A DNA stretch of 37,549 nucleotides from Bacteroidales bacterium (lineage in GTDB: Bacteria > Bacteroidota > Bacteroidia > Bacteroidales > JAIORY01). The notes under the pieces were generated by a model that did not search any database, had not been told where the DNA came from, and saw nothing but the letters and a program-made list of their open reading frames with translations. Below are positions 1 through 10,571 of the stretch, one piece after another. The number at the start of each line of letters is the position of its first letter. The first letter of the stretch is position 1. The stretch is from positions 1 through 37,549 of the forward strand of contig JAIORY010000231.1 of assembly GCA_021107915.1 (NCBI GenBank), written 5' to 3'. The translations under genes were made by a program, and so were the position numbers.

Positions 1-22
1 TTCACTTTAAGTACTTTATTTA

Positions 23-1609
23 TTACCTCTTCTCATATTTATGAGAAATATCTTCAGCAGTTTTATCAAGAATTTTTATAACCTCATCAGTTAATTTTCC
101 TTCTTTAAGAGTGTTAAGAACCTCTTTGTTGTGAATTTCAAGAAAATGAAGATATTCTTCTTCAAAATCAATAATACTTTTAATAGGAACTTTTCTTAAT
201 AATCCTTTAGCTCCGCAATAAATAATTGCGATTTGTTTTTCAACGGGCATTGGAGAATATTGAGCTTGCTTAAGAATCTCAACATTTCTTCTTCCTTTTT
301 CAAGTACTGCTTTTGTAGCCGGATCGAGGTCAGAACCGAATTTTGAAAAAGCTTCGAGTTCGCGGAACTGTGCCTGATCGAGTTTAAGTGTACCGGCAAT
401 TTTTTTCATTGCTTTAATTTGCGCATTACCACCAACTCTCGAAACAGAAATCCCAACATTAATAGCCGGACGAATACCTGCATTAAATAAATTTGATTCG
501 AGGAATATTTGACCATCAGTAATTGAAATCACATTAGTTGGAATATATGCAGAAACATCACCTGCCTGGGTTTCGATAATTGGGAGTGCGGTTAATGAAC
601 CTCCACCTTTTACCATCGGTTTGATAGAATCAGGCAAATCATTCATTTTTTCAGCAATCTCATTTGAGTTAATGACTTTTGAGGCTCTTTCGAGTAATCT
701 CGAGTGAAGATAAAAAACATCTCCGGGATAAGCTTCCCGTCCCGGAGGTCTTCTAAGCAATAATGAAACTTCGCGATAAGCAACAGCTTGTTTCGACAAG
801 TCATCATAAATAACTAATGCGGGACGTCCTGTATCTCTGAAAAACTCTCCAATGGCAGTACCTGCAAAGGGAGCATAAAATTGCATAGCTGCCGGATCGG
901 ATGCAGTTGCAGTAACAATAATGGTATAAGGTAAAGCTCCATTATCTTCAAGGGATTTTACAATGTTGGCAACAGAAGAACCCTTTTGTCCGATTGCAAC
1001 ATAAATACAGTAAACAGGTTCACCTTTATCGTAAAACTCTTTTTGGTTAATGATAGTATCAATGGCAATTGCTGTTTTTCCGGTTTGCCGGTCACCAATA
1101 ATTAACTCTCTCTGTCCACGTCCTACAGGTATCATCGAGTCAATAGGTTTAATACCGGTTTGAAGAGGTTCGCTAACAGGTTGACGGAAAATAACACCCG
1201 GGGCTTTTCTTTCGAGTGGCATTTCATAAGTTTCTCCTTTTATCTCACCTTTACCATCAATAGGTTCTCCGAGAGTGTTGATAACTCTACCTAACATGCC
1301 TTCTCCAACATTTAGCGAGGATATTTTTCCGGTACGTTTTACTATATCACCTTCGCTAATATTTCGGCTTTCGCCAAGAAGCACAATACCAACATTATCT
1401 TCTTCAAGGTTAAGGACAATTCCTTTTAAGTTTCCTTTTTCGAATTCAACCAGTTCGCCTGATTCAGCATTGTTTAATCCGTAAACACGGGCAATACCGT
1501 CACCTATTTCAAGTACAGTACCTACTTCTTCGAGTTGGACTTCGTCTTTGAATCCAGCTAATTGTTGACGTAAAATTGCGGATACTTCAGAGGGTTTTAT
1601 TTCTGCCAT
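23..1609 (-). CDS. atpA: F-type ATP synthase subunit alpha
   Basis: GDRQTGKT P-loop; [23 protein letters not shown]; [15 protein letters not shown]; operon position. Confidence 0.99.
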   Translation of the reverse strand: MAEIKPSEVSAILRQQLAGFKDEVQLEEVGTVLEIGDGIARVYGLNNAESGELVEFEKGNLKGIVLNLEEDNVGIVLLGESRNISEGDIVKRTGKISSLNVGEGMLGRVINTLGEPIDGKGEIKGETYEMPLERKAPGVIFRQPVSEPLQTGIKPIDSMIPVGRGQRELIIGDRQTGKTAIAIDTIINQKEFYDKGEPVYCIYVAIGQKGSSVANIVKSLEDNGALPYTIIVTATASDPAAMQFYAPFAGTAIGEFFRDTGRPALVIYDDLSKQAVAYREVSLLLRRPPGREAYPGDVFYLHSRLLERASKVINSNEIAEKMNDLPDSIKPMVKGGGSLTALPIIETQAGDVSAYIPTNVISITDGQIFLESNLFNAGIRPAINVGISVSRVGGNAQIKAMKKIAGTLKLDQAQFRELEAFSKFGSDLDPATKAVLEKGRRNVEILKQAQYSPMPVEKQIAIIYCGAKGLLRKVPIKSIIDFEEEYLHFLEIHNKEVLNTLKEGKLTDEVIKILDKTAEDISHKYEKR

Positions 1610-1629
1610 CTTTATAAATATTTAAATTT

Positions 1630-2187
1630 TTAAAATCCTTTTTCGTACAAATTAATATTAAACTCTTTTTTTAGGTCCTCAATCTGTTTTAAAATACTGG
1701 CATCATATTTATTATCGCCAAAATCTAAAACAAAACCACCGAGAAGTTCTTCTTTAATTTCTTCTATTAGTTCAATCTCTCCTCCTGTTTGCTTTTTCAT
1801 TAAGTCAAGAATTTTGTTTTTGATGTCATCATCAATTTTTACAACAGTTTTAAGATATGTAGTTATAATATTTTTATATTTTTTATATAAATTAATAAAC
1901 TCTTTGGCGATAGATTCTAAATAAGCTTCCCTTCTTTTATTAGTTATTATTAGTAAAAAATGAAGTGATATCTTTTGCAAATGCTTTTCGAAAAGAGCAT
2001 TAATAATAGCTATTTTCTTTTTTGAATTAATGATAGGACTTTGCAGAAGAAGCCTGAAATCTTTATTTTCTTTACAAACAGAGATTACAAGCTCCATATC
2101 TTTTGTTGTTTGATCAAGCATTTTTATATCAATAGCCATATCAAACAAAGCTTTTGCGTAACGTTTTGATATCCGTGTTTGTCTCAT
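1630..2187 (-). CDS. atpH: F-type ATP synthase subunit delta
   Basis: RYAKALF N-terminus, LLGGF..YDASI C-terminus, between atpF and atpA. Confidence 0.97.
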   Translation of the reverse strand: MRQTRISKRYAKALFDMAIDIKMLDQTTKDMELVISVCKENKDFRLLLQSPIINSKKKIAIINALFEKHLQKISLHFLLIITNKRREAYLESIAKEFINLYKKYKNIITTYLKTVVKIDDDIKNKILDLMKKQTGGEIELIEEIKEELLGGFVLDFGDNKYDASILKQIEDLKKEFNINLYEKGF

Positions 2188-2192
2188 TATAT

Positions 2193-2687
2193 CTAATTAA
2201 AATTAATATCCTTAATGAGGTCATTAACAAATTCTTTTTGTTTATTATCGTCGGATAGTTCTTTTTTCAGAATTTTTTCAGCGATTTCAATTGATAATGA
2301 AGCGAGTTGATTTTTCAGATTAGTTGTTGCAGCCATCTTTTCGTTTTCGATTCTTTCTTTTGCACTTTCAACTATTCTGTCAGCTTCTTCATTAGCTTTT
2401 ATTTTAGCTTCCTTAATTATCGAATCTTTTACTTTTCTACCGGCACGCAAAATTGCATCCCTTTCTTCTTTAGCCTCTTTAAGTAATTGTTCGTTACTGA
2501 ATTTTAATTCTTTCATTTCTTCTTTTGCGTTGTTAGCTGCATTCAGAGCTTTATCAATAGAAGTTTCTCTTTCGTGCAATGCTTTCATTATAGGTTTCCA
2601 TGCGAATTTTGAGAGTACCCATAATACAATAGCAAAGGATAATGTCATCCAAATAATTAAACCTATGCCGGGTTGTACTAATTCCAT
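2193..2687 (-). CDS. atpF: F-type ATP synthase subunit b
   Basis: N-terminal TM helix, KFAWKPI..L.ERE motif, charged coiled coil. Confidence 0.97.
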   Translation of the reverse strand: MELVQPGIGLIIWMTLSFAIVLWVLSKFAWKPIMKALHERETSIDKALNAANNAKEEMKELKFSNEQLLKEAKEERDAILRAGRKVKDSIIKEAKIKANEEADRIVESAKERIENEKMAATTNLKNQLASLSIEIAEKILKKELSDDNKQKEFVNDLIKDINFN

Positions 2688-2739
2688 TTGTTTATATTTT
2701 AATTTTGTTTAAAATAAAAAATAGTCCTTTATAACTAAT

Positions 2740-2906
2740 TAGTGCCTATAGTTTGGAGTGCCTAAAATGCCTAAAGTTGTTGTTTATTATGAATTGATGT
2801 AAAAATGACAAATGTTTCATATACAACAATAAAAATAAAATCATTTTTTATAAACTTTAGGCACTCTTTCCCGAAAGCTTTCGGGATTAGTTCACTTTAA
2901 GTACTT
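2740..2906. repeat. Intergenic repeat element with TGCCTAAAGT-like inverted arms, an 18-bp palindrome (2869-2886) and the TTAGTTCACTTTAAGTACT motif
   Basis: gagtgcctaaaatgcctaaagtt vs aactttaggcactc; tcccgaaagctttcggga; motif recurs at 1-17, 3954-3972, 10555-10573. Confidence 0.65.
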
Positions 2907-2967
2907 AAAAATTCACTTTATATCTCAACCAACCGTTAAGATGCAAAGGAAAATTACTCACGTTTGT

Positions 2968-3246
<279 letters not shown>

Positions 3247-3270
3247 TTAATTAATTGTTTAATTTTAAAT

Positions 3271-3383
3271 ATGTCTGTCCATAAAGTCAATCATATTGAT
3301 AAAATTTTAGATTTATGATTTTAAATTTTAAATCTGAATTCTAAAATCTTAAATTGTTAGAGCGTGATTTTATAGACCGGCAC
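3271..3383. mobile_element. 113-bp MITE-like element with imperfect terminal inverted repeats and 5-bp TAAAT flanking duplication
   Basis: Ends atgtctgtccataaagtca / tgattttatagaccggcac (14/19 complementary); TAAAT at 3266-3270 and 3384-3388; inverted partial copy at 13372-13452. Confidence 0.7.
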
Positions 3384-3410
3384 TAAATAGTGTTGTTTCA
3401 CTTTATATAC

Positions 3411-3923
<513 letters not shown>

Positions 3924-4097
3924 TTATTTATAACTTTTCAGTACCTAAAATAATTAGTTAACTTTAAGTACTCTTATATAACTAAACAGGTTATTTCTTT
4001 CTGAATTTTAAATTCATCATTTTAAATTTTAAATTTCTTTCAACAATGCAAAATGTAGAATTTTAAATGCAAAATGTAAATCATTCTATTTACTCTT

Positions 4098-5888
4098 TTA
4101 TCCCGAAAAGGGTTTATATTCTTTTCCTCCACCTGTAAACCCGGCATTTTTATAAAACTCAACAAATGTGAGTCGCATAGGATGAACAAACGATCCGAGT
4201 GATGATATTAATATATTTAAACCATGTCCGAGTATAAGAAATATTACAAAAAACACAGGTCCTAATATCGGTGATGAACCAAGTATTTGCATTGCAATAT
4301 TATTTATTACTAACCCTAAAATACCACTTGACAAACCTAATGCAAATAAACGGATATATGATAACAGGTCGCCGAATATTCCGGTTACCGTTGAGTAAAT
4401 ATCCCAAACCCCTTTTCCTATACGAGCAGGAATACTGATTTCGACATCGCTAAAAAATATAATTAAAAATCCGCCAAGCGAAAGAATTGTATATAAAATA
4501 ATATTGTTTGCGGCTATATATTCTAACTTTGTTAAAGCTGCATAAATTCCACCGCCTATTAAAATAATGAGCCATCCAAAAGTTGCAAGTGAGTGCATGA
4601 ACCCATATTGTTTTATCTGATTTGCTGCTTTTATAAACATCCCGAAAATAATTTGTAATGCACCAAGTGCTAATGCCAGATTAAACATGTTGTCGGGATT
4701 AAGAAACAAGTCTTTGTAATTTGCAAATAATTTGGTATTTTCGTCTATTAAATCTATGCCAAATAATGTTCCAGAAATAATCCCAAATATAATGGTTGCT
4801 AAACCAAGAAATTGTACTAAAGACAATATTGGTTTAATTTCCTTTTTTGCCTTTAATTTATAAATACCTGCTCCAATCACAAACAATAATCCATATCCGG
4901 CATCGCCAAGACAAAAACCGAAAAACATCATAAAAAATGGGGCAAAGAACACAGTTAGATCAAGTTCGGAATAAGCCGGTAAAGAAAACAATTTTCCGAT
5001 AGGCTCGAACAATTTACTAAATCTGTTGTTTTGTAACAAAACAGGAACTTTATCCTTTTTTGTGGCTTTATCAATTATGTGCAAAATGTTGCTTTTATCC
5101 AAAAAATCATCAATTTGTTTTTTCTTTGTTTTCGGAACCCAGCCTTCAAGTATTTTCATTTTTTCATCTGCTTCAACGGCAGTATTTAAAATAACTTTCT
5201 CAAATTCCAAATTTGTTGCTATTGCTTCTCGTTCCTGTATAAGCAATGGAATTGATGTTTCGGAGTAATTGTCAAAATCATTGTTTATCAGCGTAATTTT
5301 TTCTTCTATTTCTTTTATATGTTTTTCTATTTCAGAAAGGGAGCTTTCGGGTTGTTTAATTTCTTCGGCATCAATATTTAGTTTTTCATCGCCTTGTTGA
5401 ATAATAATAAAATAGATATGGTTTCCGCTTTCAGTAATTATTTCTGCATTGTATTCAGAAAGAAGTTTGGTGTTAAATTTCTTTTTAGAAGCGAGAAAAA
5501 ACTTCAGGTAAAAATTTTCATCTTTTAGCTTGTTAATAATTTCAGCAGAAAAATCACCCCAGGGTTTTATTTTTATAAGTTCTTTATGGGTAGTAGCAAG
5601 TTCTTGATGCAATGTATCTAATTCCTTTTGCTTTTGTATTATTTCTTCAATAATTTTCAATCCATCTAAATCAGGGCAGTTATCAGTTTTCTCCGTTTCG
5701 CGTTTTTCGAGGGACTTAATTATTTTATCAATGCGATTTACTAATTGATATTTTTCCTTGATATCATCACTGATTTCAGTTTCTTTTTCAATTACATGAA
5801 GCACACCAAGCTCTTGCAGATTTTTCAGAAAATCACCATATTCCTTATGATAAACAAGGAAAGAATATTTTTGCATCGGTATTATCAT
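4098..5888 (-). CDS. ntpI: V/A-type ATPase subunit I
   Basis: EGWVP, FFGFCLGDAGYG, SYIRLFAL (essential Arg), HPMRLTFVEF. Confidence 0.97.
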   Translation of the reverse strand: MIIPMQKYSFLVYHKEYGDFLKNLQELGVLHVIEKETEISDDIKEKYQLVNRIDKIIKSLEKRETEKTDNCPDLDGLKIIEEIIQKQKELDTLHQELATTHKELIKIKPWGDFSAEIINKLKDENFYLKFFLASKKKFNTKLLSEYNAEIITESGNHIYFIIIQQGDEKLNIDAEEIKQPESSLSEIEKHIKEIEEKITLINNDFDNYSETSIPLLIQEREAIATNLEFEKVILNTAVEADEKMKILEGWVPKTKKKQIDDFLDKSNILHIIDKATKKDKVPVLLQNNRFSKLFEPIGKLFSLPAYSELDLTVFFAPFFMMFFGFCLGDAGYGLLFVIGAGIYKLKAKKEIKPILSLVQFLGLATIIFGIISGTLFGIDLIDENTKLFANYKDLFLNPDNMFNLALALGALQIIFGMFIKAANQIKQYGFMHSLATFGWLIILIGGGIYAALTKLEYIAANNIILYTILSLGGFLIIFFSDVEISIPARIGKGVWDIYSTVTGIFGDLLSYIRLFALGLSSGILGLVINNIAMQILGSSPILGPVFFVIFLILGHGLNILISSLGSFVHPMRLTFVEFYKNAGFTGGGKEYKPFSG

Positions 5889-6490
5889 TTGTTTGCCTCC
5901 ATTTGTCGTTGCTGACGATCTTTAACAATTTTCTGTGACGATTTTGACAGGTTTTCTTCATCTTCCAAAAAACGTTTAATTTTTCTTATTGCATCTTCGT
6001 AGCCGGGAATTTGAACTTTTTCATACAAATTTACTTTTTGTGTCGTTTTTCTTCGTGCATGATTGAGCAATTCCATTTTTCTGTTAAAAAACTCTCTTTC
6101 TATTACAACCTCTGCTAACTCTTTTACAATTGAAATTCCTTCAGGAAACCATTTCGGGTTATCGAACAAACTGAAATCCTCAGTCTGAAGAAGTACTTCT
6201 TCTAAAACGGGTGTTTTTACCCCTGCAATTTTCTTTGTTGTTGTTTTTACATCATCAATTGTAATAAGGTTTGTATTAAATTCATTCCAAATACCCGGTG
6301 TTAAAGTATATGCTTGTATTTTTTGAGATAATTTTTTATCTAATTCTTTTACCTTGGTCTTTGCTTTTTTCACCTCCATACGTAATGCTGTTTCCTTATT
6401 TTTAATCACAGGAAGTGCATTCAACCTCATTTTTAATTGTTTATTAAGGCTTTGTAATGCTGTTTTATTATATTGAAATTTAATTGCCAT
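5885..6490 (-). CDS. ntpD: V/A-type ATPase subunit D
   Basis: RKTTQKVNLYEKVQIP motif; ATG start at 6490 (MAIKFQYNK); 4-bp overlap with subunit I. Confidence 0.96.
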   Translation of the reverse strand: MAIKFQYNKTALQSLNKQLKMRLNALPVIKNKETALRMEVKKAKTKVKELDKKLSQKIQAYTLTPGIWNEFNTNLITIDDVKTTTKKIAGVKTPVLEEVLLQTEDFSLFDNPKWFPEGISIVKELAEVVIEREFFNRKMELLNHARRKTTQKVNLYEKVQIPGYEDAIRKIKRFLEDEENLSKSSQKIVKDRQQRQMEANK

Positions 6491-6494
6491 TTTA

Positions 6495-6756
6495 GACACT
6501 AATTACACTAATTTACACTAAATCCTTTGACACGAATTGCACGAATTTACACTAATGTTTTATTTTATTTACTGACACTAATTTCACTAATTTACACTAA
6601 ATCTACTGACACGAATTGCACGAATTTACACTAATGTTTTATTTTATTTACTGACACTAATTTCACTAATTTACACTAAATATTTTGCAATATATTTCTT
6701 TTTAAAATTCTATTCGTGTTAATTCGTGCAATTCGTGTCAAAGTACAATTTGTGTC
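6495..6756. repeat. 79-bp tandem duplication (about 2.4 copies) of 9-10-nt CAC(T/G)AATT units with an inverted arm
   Basis: Units start at 6495, 6574, 6653; 6525-6556 matches the reverse complement of 6712-6743 at 30/32. Confidence 0.9.
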
Positions 6757-7131
6757 TTATAACACAACTCTTTTATAATTTAAACTATCTTCTCCAAAAT
6801 TAACCAGTAATCCCAACTTTAGTTTTGAAGCAGCCATATAGTTCAATGTTTGTTTTATATGGCTGTTTGTTAAAGATTCAATTGCTTTTACTTCCAATAT
6901 TATTTTATCATAAACCACAAAATCAGCATTATAACGATGTGGCAAAATCACATCCTTATATTCAATTTTATATTTTTGTTCTCTTGAATAAGGAATCTTT
7001 TCTTTTTGAAACTCATACTCCAGCGCATCTTTATAGATCACCTCATTATGTCCCTTACCTAAAATACTATGAACTTCCATACATATACCTATAATTTTAT
7101 ACGATTCATCTTTATAAATTAACTTATTCAT
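6757..7131 (-). CDS. GxxExxY family protein (PD-(D/E)XK nuclease-like)
   Basis: GHNEVIY = GxxExxY; ADFVV..ILEVKA; QTLNY; GLLVNFG; ATG at 7131. Confidence 0.93.
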   Translation of the reverse strand: MNKLIYKDESYKIIGICMEVHSILGKGHNEVIYKDALEYEFQKEKIPYSREQKYKIEYKDVILPHRYNADFVVYDKIILEVKAIESLTNSHIKQTLNYMAASKLKLGLLVNFGEDSLNYKRVVL

Positions 7132-7148
7132 ATTCACCAACTTTATAG

Positions 7149-7224
7149 GACACTAATTTCACTAATTTTTTATAACATAATTTTTCCCAAAATCTAATTC
7201 GTGTTAATTTGTGAAATTTGTGTC
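7149..7224. repeat. Inverted 9-nt periodic arms of the same family, overlapping the subunit B stop
   Basis: gacactaatttcactaatt ... aattcgtgttaatttgtgaaatttgtgtc. Confidence 0.85.
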
Positions 7225-8543
7225 TTGTTTTTTCCGTATTTTTCAACAAGCTCAGATTTTATGCCAATTTCGGCAACTGAAAAATAGTTATTTAATAATT
7301 CCCAAGCTGTGTTGAGCATTGCATCAATTTCAATATTAATATCAATAGCAAGCAGCTTTTCCGAATATTCTTTTGCAAATTTCATGGTTCTTTCATCGTA
7401 ATCAGTCAGGTCGAAACCATTTTCCAATTTTGTTTTTGCATTTGCAGCATCAGCATAAAGCCGGATTGCAGCATTCATAACCTGCGGATGATCTTCTCGT
7501 GTTTTTTTACCGATAACAAGTTGTTTTAATCGCGACAAGCTACGGAAGGGGTCAATAATTACTTTTCCGATATCCGTATCTCTACGCACAAATAATTGTC
7601 CTTCGGTAATATAACCCGTATTGTCGGGAATTGCATGTGTAATATCACCGCCTGATAATGTTGTAACGGCAATAATTGTTATTGATCCCCCACTTGGGAA
7701 TTGTACTGCTTTTTCGTAAAGCCTTGCCAAATCGCTGTAAAGCGAACCGGGCATACTGTCTTTCGAAGGAATTTGGTCCATCCGGTTAGAAACAATACTT
7801 AAAGCATCAGCGTAAAGTGTCATATCTGTTAAAAGAACCAGAACATTTTGGTTTTTTTCTGAGGCAAAATATTCTGCGGCAGATAAAGCCATATCCGGGA
7901 CAAGAAGCCGCTCAACAGGCGGGTCTTCGGTTGTATTTACAAAACTAATAATACGGTCAAGTGCTCCGGCATTTTCAAATATATTTTTAAAGAATAAATA
8001 ATCATCGTTTGTAAGTCCCATTCCGCCAAGGATAATTTTATCGGCTTTTGCACGCAAGGCAACCATTGCCATAACCTGATTATACGGCTGGTCGGGATCG
8101 GCAAAGAAAGGGATTTTTTGTCCTGTAACAAGTGTATTGTTCAGGTCGATTCCTGCTATGCCTGTGGCAATAAGTTCGGAAGGCTGTTTTCTTCTTACCG
8201 GATTTACCGATGGTCCTCCAATTTCTACTGCATTACCATCAACTTCTGGTCCTCCGTCAATAGGTTGTCCATAAGCATTAAAGAATCTTCCGCTCAATTC
8301 ATCACTTACCGATAATTTAGGTGCATGACCCAGAAATACTACTTCTGCATTTGTCGGAATACCTTCTGTTCCTGAAAATATTTGCAGGGTTACCAAGTCT
8401 CCCTGTATTTTAACTACCTGTGCCAGCCTGCCATTTACAGTTGCCATTTCTTCATAACCTACTCCATCGGCATGTAACGAGCATGTTGCTTTTGTAATAT
8501 GATCTACTTTAGTGTGTATTTTTTGAAAAGCTGTTGTTTCCAT
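7194..8543 (-). CDS. ntpB: V/A-type ATPase subunit B
   Basis: MPGSLYSDLA.LYEKA; THAIPDNTGYITEGQ; SLSRL. Confidence 0.98.
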   Translation of the reverse strand: METTAFQKIHTKVDHITKATCSLHADGVGYEEMATVNGRLAQVVKIQGDLVTLQIFSGTEGIPTNAEVVFLGHAPKLSVSDELSGRFFNAYGQPIDGGPEVDGNAVEIGGPSVNPVRRKQPSELIATGIAGIDLNNTLVTGQKIPFFADPDQPYNQVMAMVALRAKADKIILGGMGLTNDDYLFFKNIFENAGALDRIISFVNTTEDPPVERLLVPDMALSAAEYFASEKNQNVLVLLTDMTLYADALSIVSNRMDQIPSKDSMPGSLYSDLARLYEKAVQFPSGGSITIIAVTTLSGGDITHAIPDNTGYITEGQLFVRRDTDIGKVIIDPFRSLSRLKQLVIGKKTREDHPQVMNAAIRLYADAANAKTKLENGFDLTDYDERTMKFAKEYSEKLLAIDINIEIDAMLNTAWELLNNYFSVAEIGIKSELVEKYGKNKTQISQINTN

Positions 8544-8549
8544 TTTTTA

Positions 8550-8609
8550 ATTTATGATTTACGATTTACGATTTATGATTTACGATTTTCAAATAGTCAA
8601 TTGTCAATC
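8550..8609. repeat. Heptamer tandem repeat (ATTTAYG x5) with short counter-arm
   Basis: atttatg atttacg atttacg atttatg atttacg, then tcaaatagtcaattgtcaat. Confidence 0.8.
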
Positions 8610-10367
8610 ATCAATCATAACTCTTTCATTAATAATTTCCTGTAATTCTTTCTCAAATTTATTGAATTTCTCCGACTCAAATTCAGAATAATTCATTTGT
8701 TTGAAAACATTTATCATTCTTTTAAAATATGGATTTACTTCCTCGAATGTTTCAAATTTTAAATTTGCTTTATAAACATCAAGCACTTTATTCATCATGT
8801 ATTGTTGTCGCTTGATAGATGTTGAAGCATCAATTTTGTCAAAAGCATCTTGTTGAAGAATAACAAAATCAATAACCTCTGATTTCCAAAATATCTGATG
8901 ATAATCAATTGGCACTCCATCATCACCCAATATATTTATCTGCTCATAAGCTTCATGTCCTCTGATAAGGATATTTTTTGCCAGCATTATATTATCAATC
9001 CAATCGGGTGAAATATTTTCTTTGATAAATTCTTGAAATTCGGGATATTCAATATATTTCGAATAACTGTCAACCGCATCAATAGCAGGGTATCTTTTGC
9101 TGTCGGCACGATCCTGCGAAAGAGCGTAAAAACATCGTGCTGCCTTTTTCGTTGATTCAGATACAGGTTCTTTAAGGTTACCTCCTGCCGGCGAAACAGT
9201 TCCTATAAATGTTACGGCACCGGTCTTTCCATTATTAAGATAAACGAAGCCTGCACGAGCATAGAAATTTGAAATAATTGCCGGCAAGTCCATCGGGAAA
9301 GCGTCAGGTCCCGGCAGTTCTTCCATTCTGTTCGACATTTCGCGAAGTGCCTGCGCCCAGCGTGATGTTGAATCGGCAAGTAATAAAACTTTTAAGCCCA
9401 TTGAACGATAATACTCGGCAAGTGTCATTGCTGTATAAACAGATGCTTCACGAGCTGCAACAGGCATATTTGAAGTATTGGCTATGATTGTTGTTCTTTC
9501 CATCAATTTTCGTCCGGTTCTCGGGTCATCAATTTCTGGAAATTCTGCAAATATCTCTACTACCTCGTTGGCACGTTCTCCACAGGCTGCAACAATAATC
9601 ATATCGGCATCGGCTTGTTTCGAAAGTGCATGTTGCAATACGGTTTTTCCTGTTCCGAATGGTCCCGGAATAAAACCTGTTCCTCCTTCTACAATGGGGT
9701 TCAGGCTGTCAATTACCCTGATACCTGTTTCCATGAGGACAAATGGGCGCGGTTTTTCTTTGTATGCTTTTATTGGAATTTTTACGGGCCATTTTTGAAC
9801 CATGCTGACTGGAATTTCATTATTATCTGAATCAATTAAAACAGCAATGGTATCGTTAATTTTATATTCGCCCTGTTCGGTAATGCTCTTTATTGTGAAA
9901 GTTCCTTCAAATTTAAAAGGTACCATAATTTTATGAGGTATCCAGTTTTCTTCGACTTCGCCAAGCCATGAACCCGGAACAACAATATCACCTTTTTTTG
10001 CGATAGGTTTAAATTCCCAAAGTTTATCGTCTTCCAAAGCAGGTGTGTAATCACCTTTTTTCAGGAAAATGCCTTCCATTTTATTTAGATCGTGTTGCAG
10101 TCCGTCAAAATTTTTCGACAAGATACCCGGGCCAAGTGTTGCTTCCAGCATGTGACCGGTAAATTCAACTTCTGTTCCCGGTTTCAAACCCCTTGTGCTT
10201 TCAAATACCTGGACATAAGCATTTTTTCCGCCAATTCTAATAACCTCCGCCATTAGTTTTACATCACTCATTTTGATATAACAAATCTCGTTTTGAGAAA
10301 CCGGTCCGTCAACCTCAACAATTACGAGGTTTGCTATAATACCTGCAACTTTACCTTTTGTACTCAT
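8604..10367 (-). CDS. ntpA: V/A-type ATPase catalytic subunit A
   Basis: GPFGTGKT P-loop; CGERANE; ANTSNMPVAAREAS; DSTSRWAQALRE. Confidence 0.98.
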   Translation of the reverse strand: MSTKGKVAGIIANLVIVEVDGPVSQNEICYIKMSDVKLMAEVIRIGGKNAYVQVFESTRGLKPGTEVEFTGHMLEATLGPGILSKNFDGLQHDLNKMEGIFLKKGDYTPALEDDKLWEFKPIAKKGDIVVPGSWLGEVEENWIPHKIMVPFKFEGTFTIKSITEQGEYKINDTIAVLIDSDNNEIPVSMVQKWPVKIPIKAYKEKPRPFVLMETGIRVIDSLNPIVEGGTGFIPGPFGTGKTVLQHALSKQADADMIIVAACGERANEVVEIFAEFPEIDDPRTGRKLMERTTIIANTSNMPVAAREASVYTAMTLAEYYRSMGLKVLLLADSTSRWAQALREMSNRMEELPGPDAFPMDLPAIISNFYARAGFVYLNNGKTGAVTFIGTVSPAGGNLKEPVSESTKKAARCFYALSQDRADSKRYPAIDAVDSYSKYIEYPEFQEFIKENISPDWIDNIMLAKNILIRGHEAYEQINILGDDGVPIDYHQIFWKSEVIDFVILQQDAFDKIDASTSIKRQQYMMNKVLDVYKANLKFETFEEVNPYFKRMINVFKQMNYSEFESEKFNKFEKELQEIINERVMIDD

Positions 10368-10386
10368 ATATTTTTAATTTATTTTA

Positions 10387-10527
10387 GACACTAATTTTCA
10401 CTAAAAAGACTGACACTAATTTCACTAATTTTCACTAATTAATTTTATTATTACAATTCATTTTCAAACTTTTATTCGTGTTAATTCGTGCAATTTGTGT
10501 CTAAATTTAATTTGTGCAATTCGTGTC
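10387..10527. repeat. Gene-less copy of the 9-nt periodic inverted-arm element
   Basis: gacactaatttcactaatt... and attcgtgttaattcgtgcaatttgtgtc, nearly identical to the GxxExxY flanks. Confidence 0.85.
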
Positions 10528-10571
10528 TTTTTATAAGTTTACAATATGGATTAATTAGTTCACTTTAAGTG

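Noticed and set aside
6495-6681. Possible CRISPR array
   Set aside because: Units are near-identical over their whole 79 bp, with no unique spacers and no cas genes
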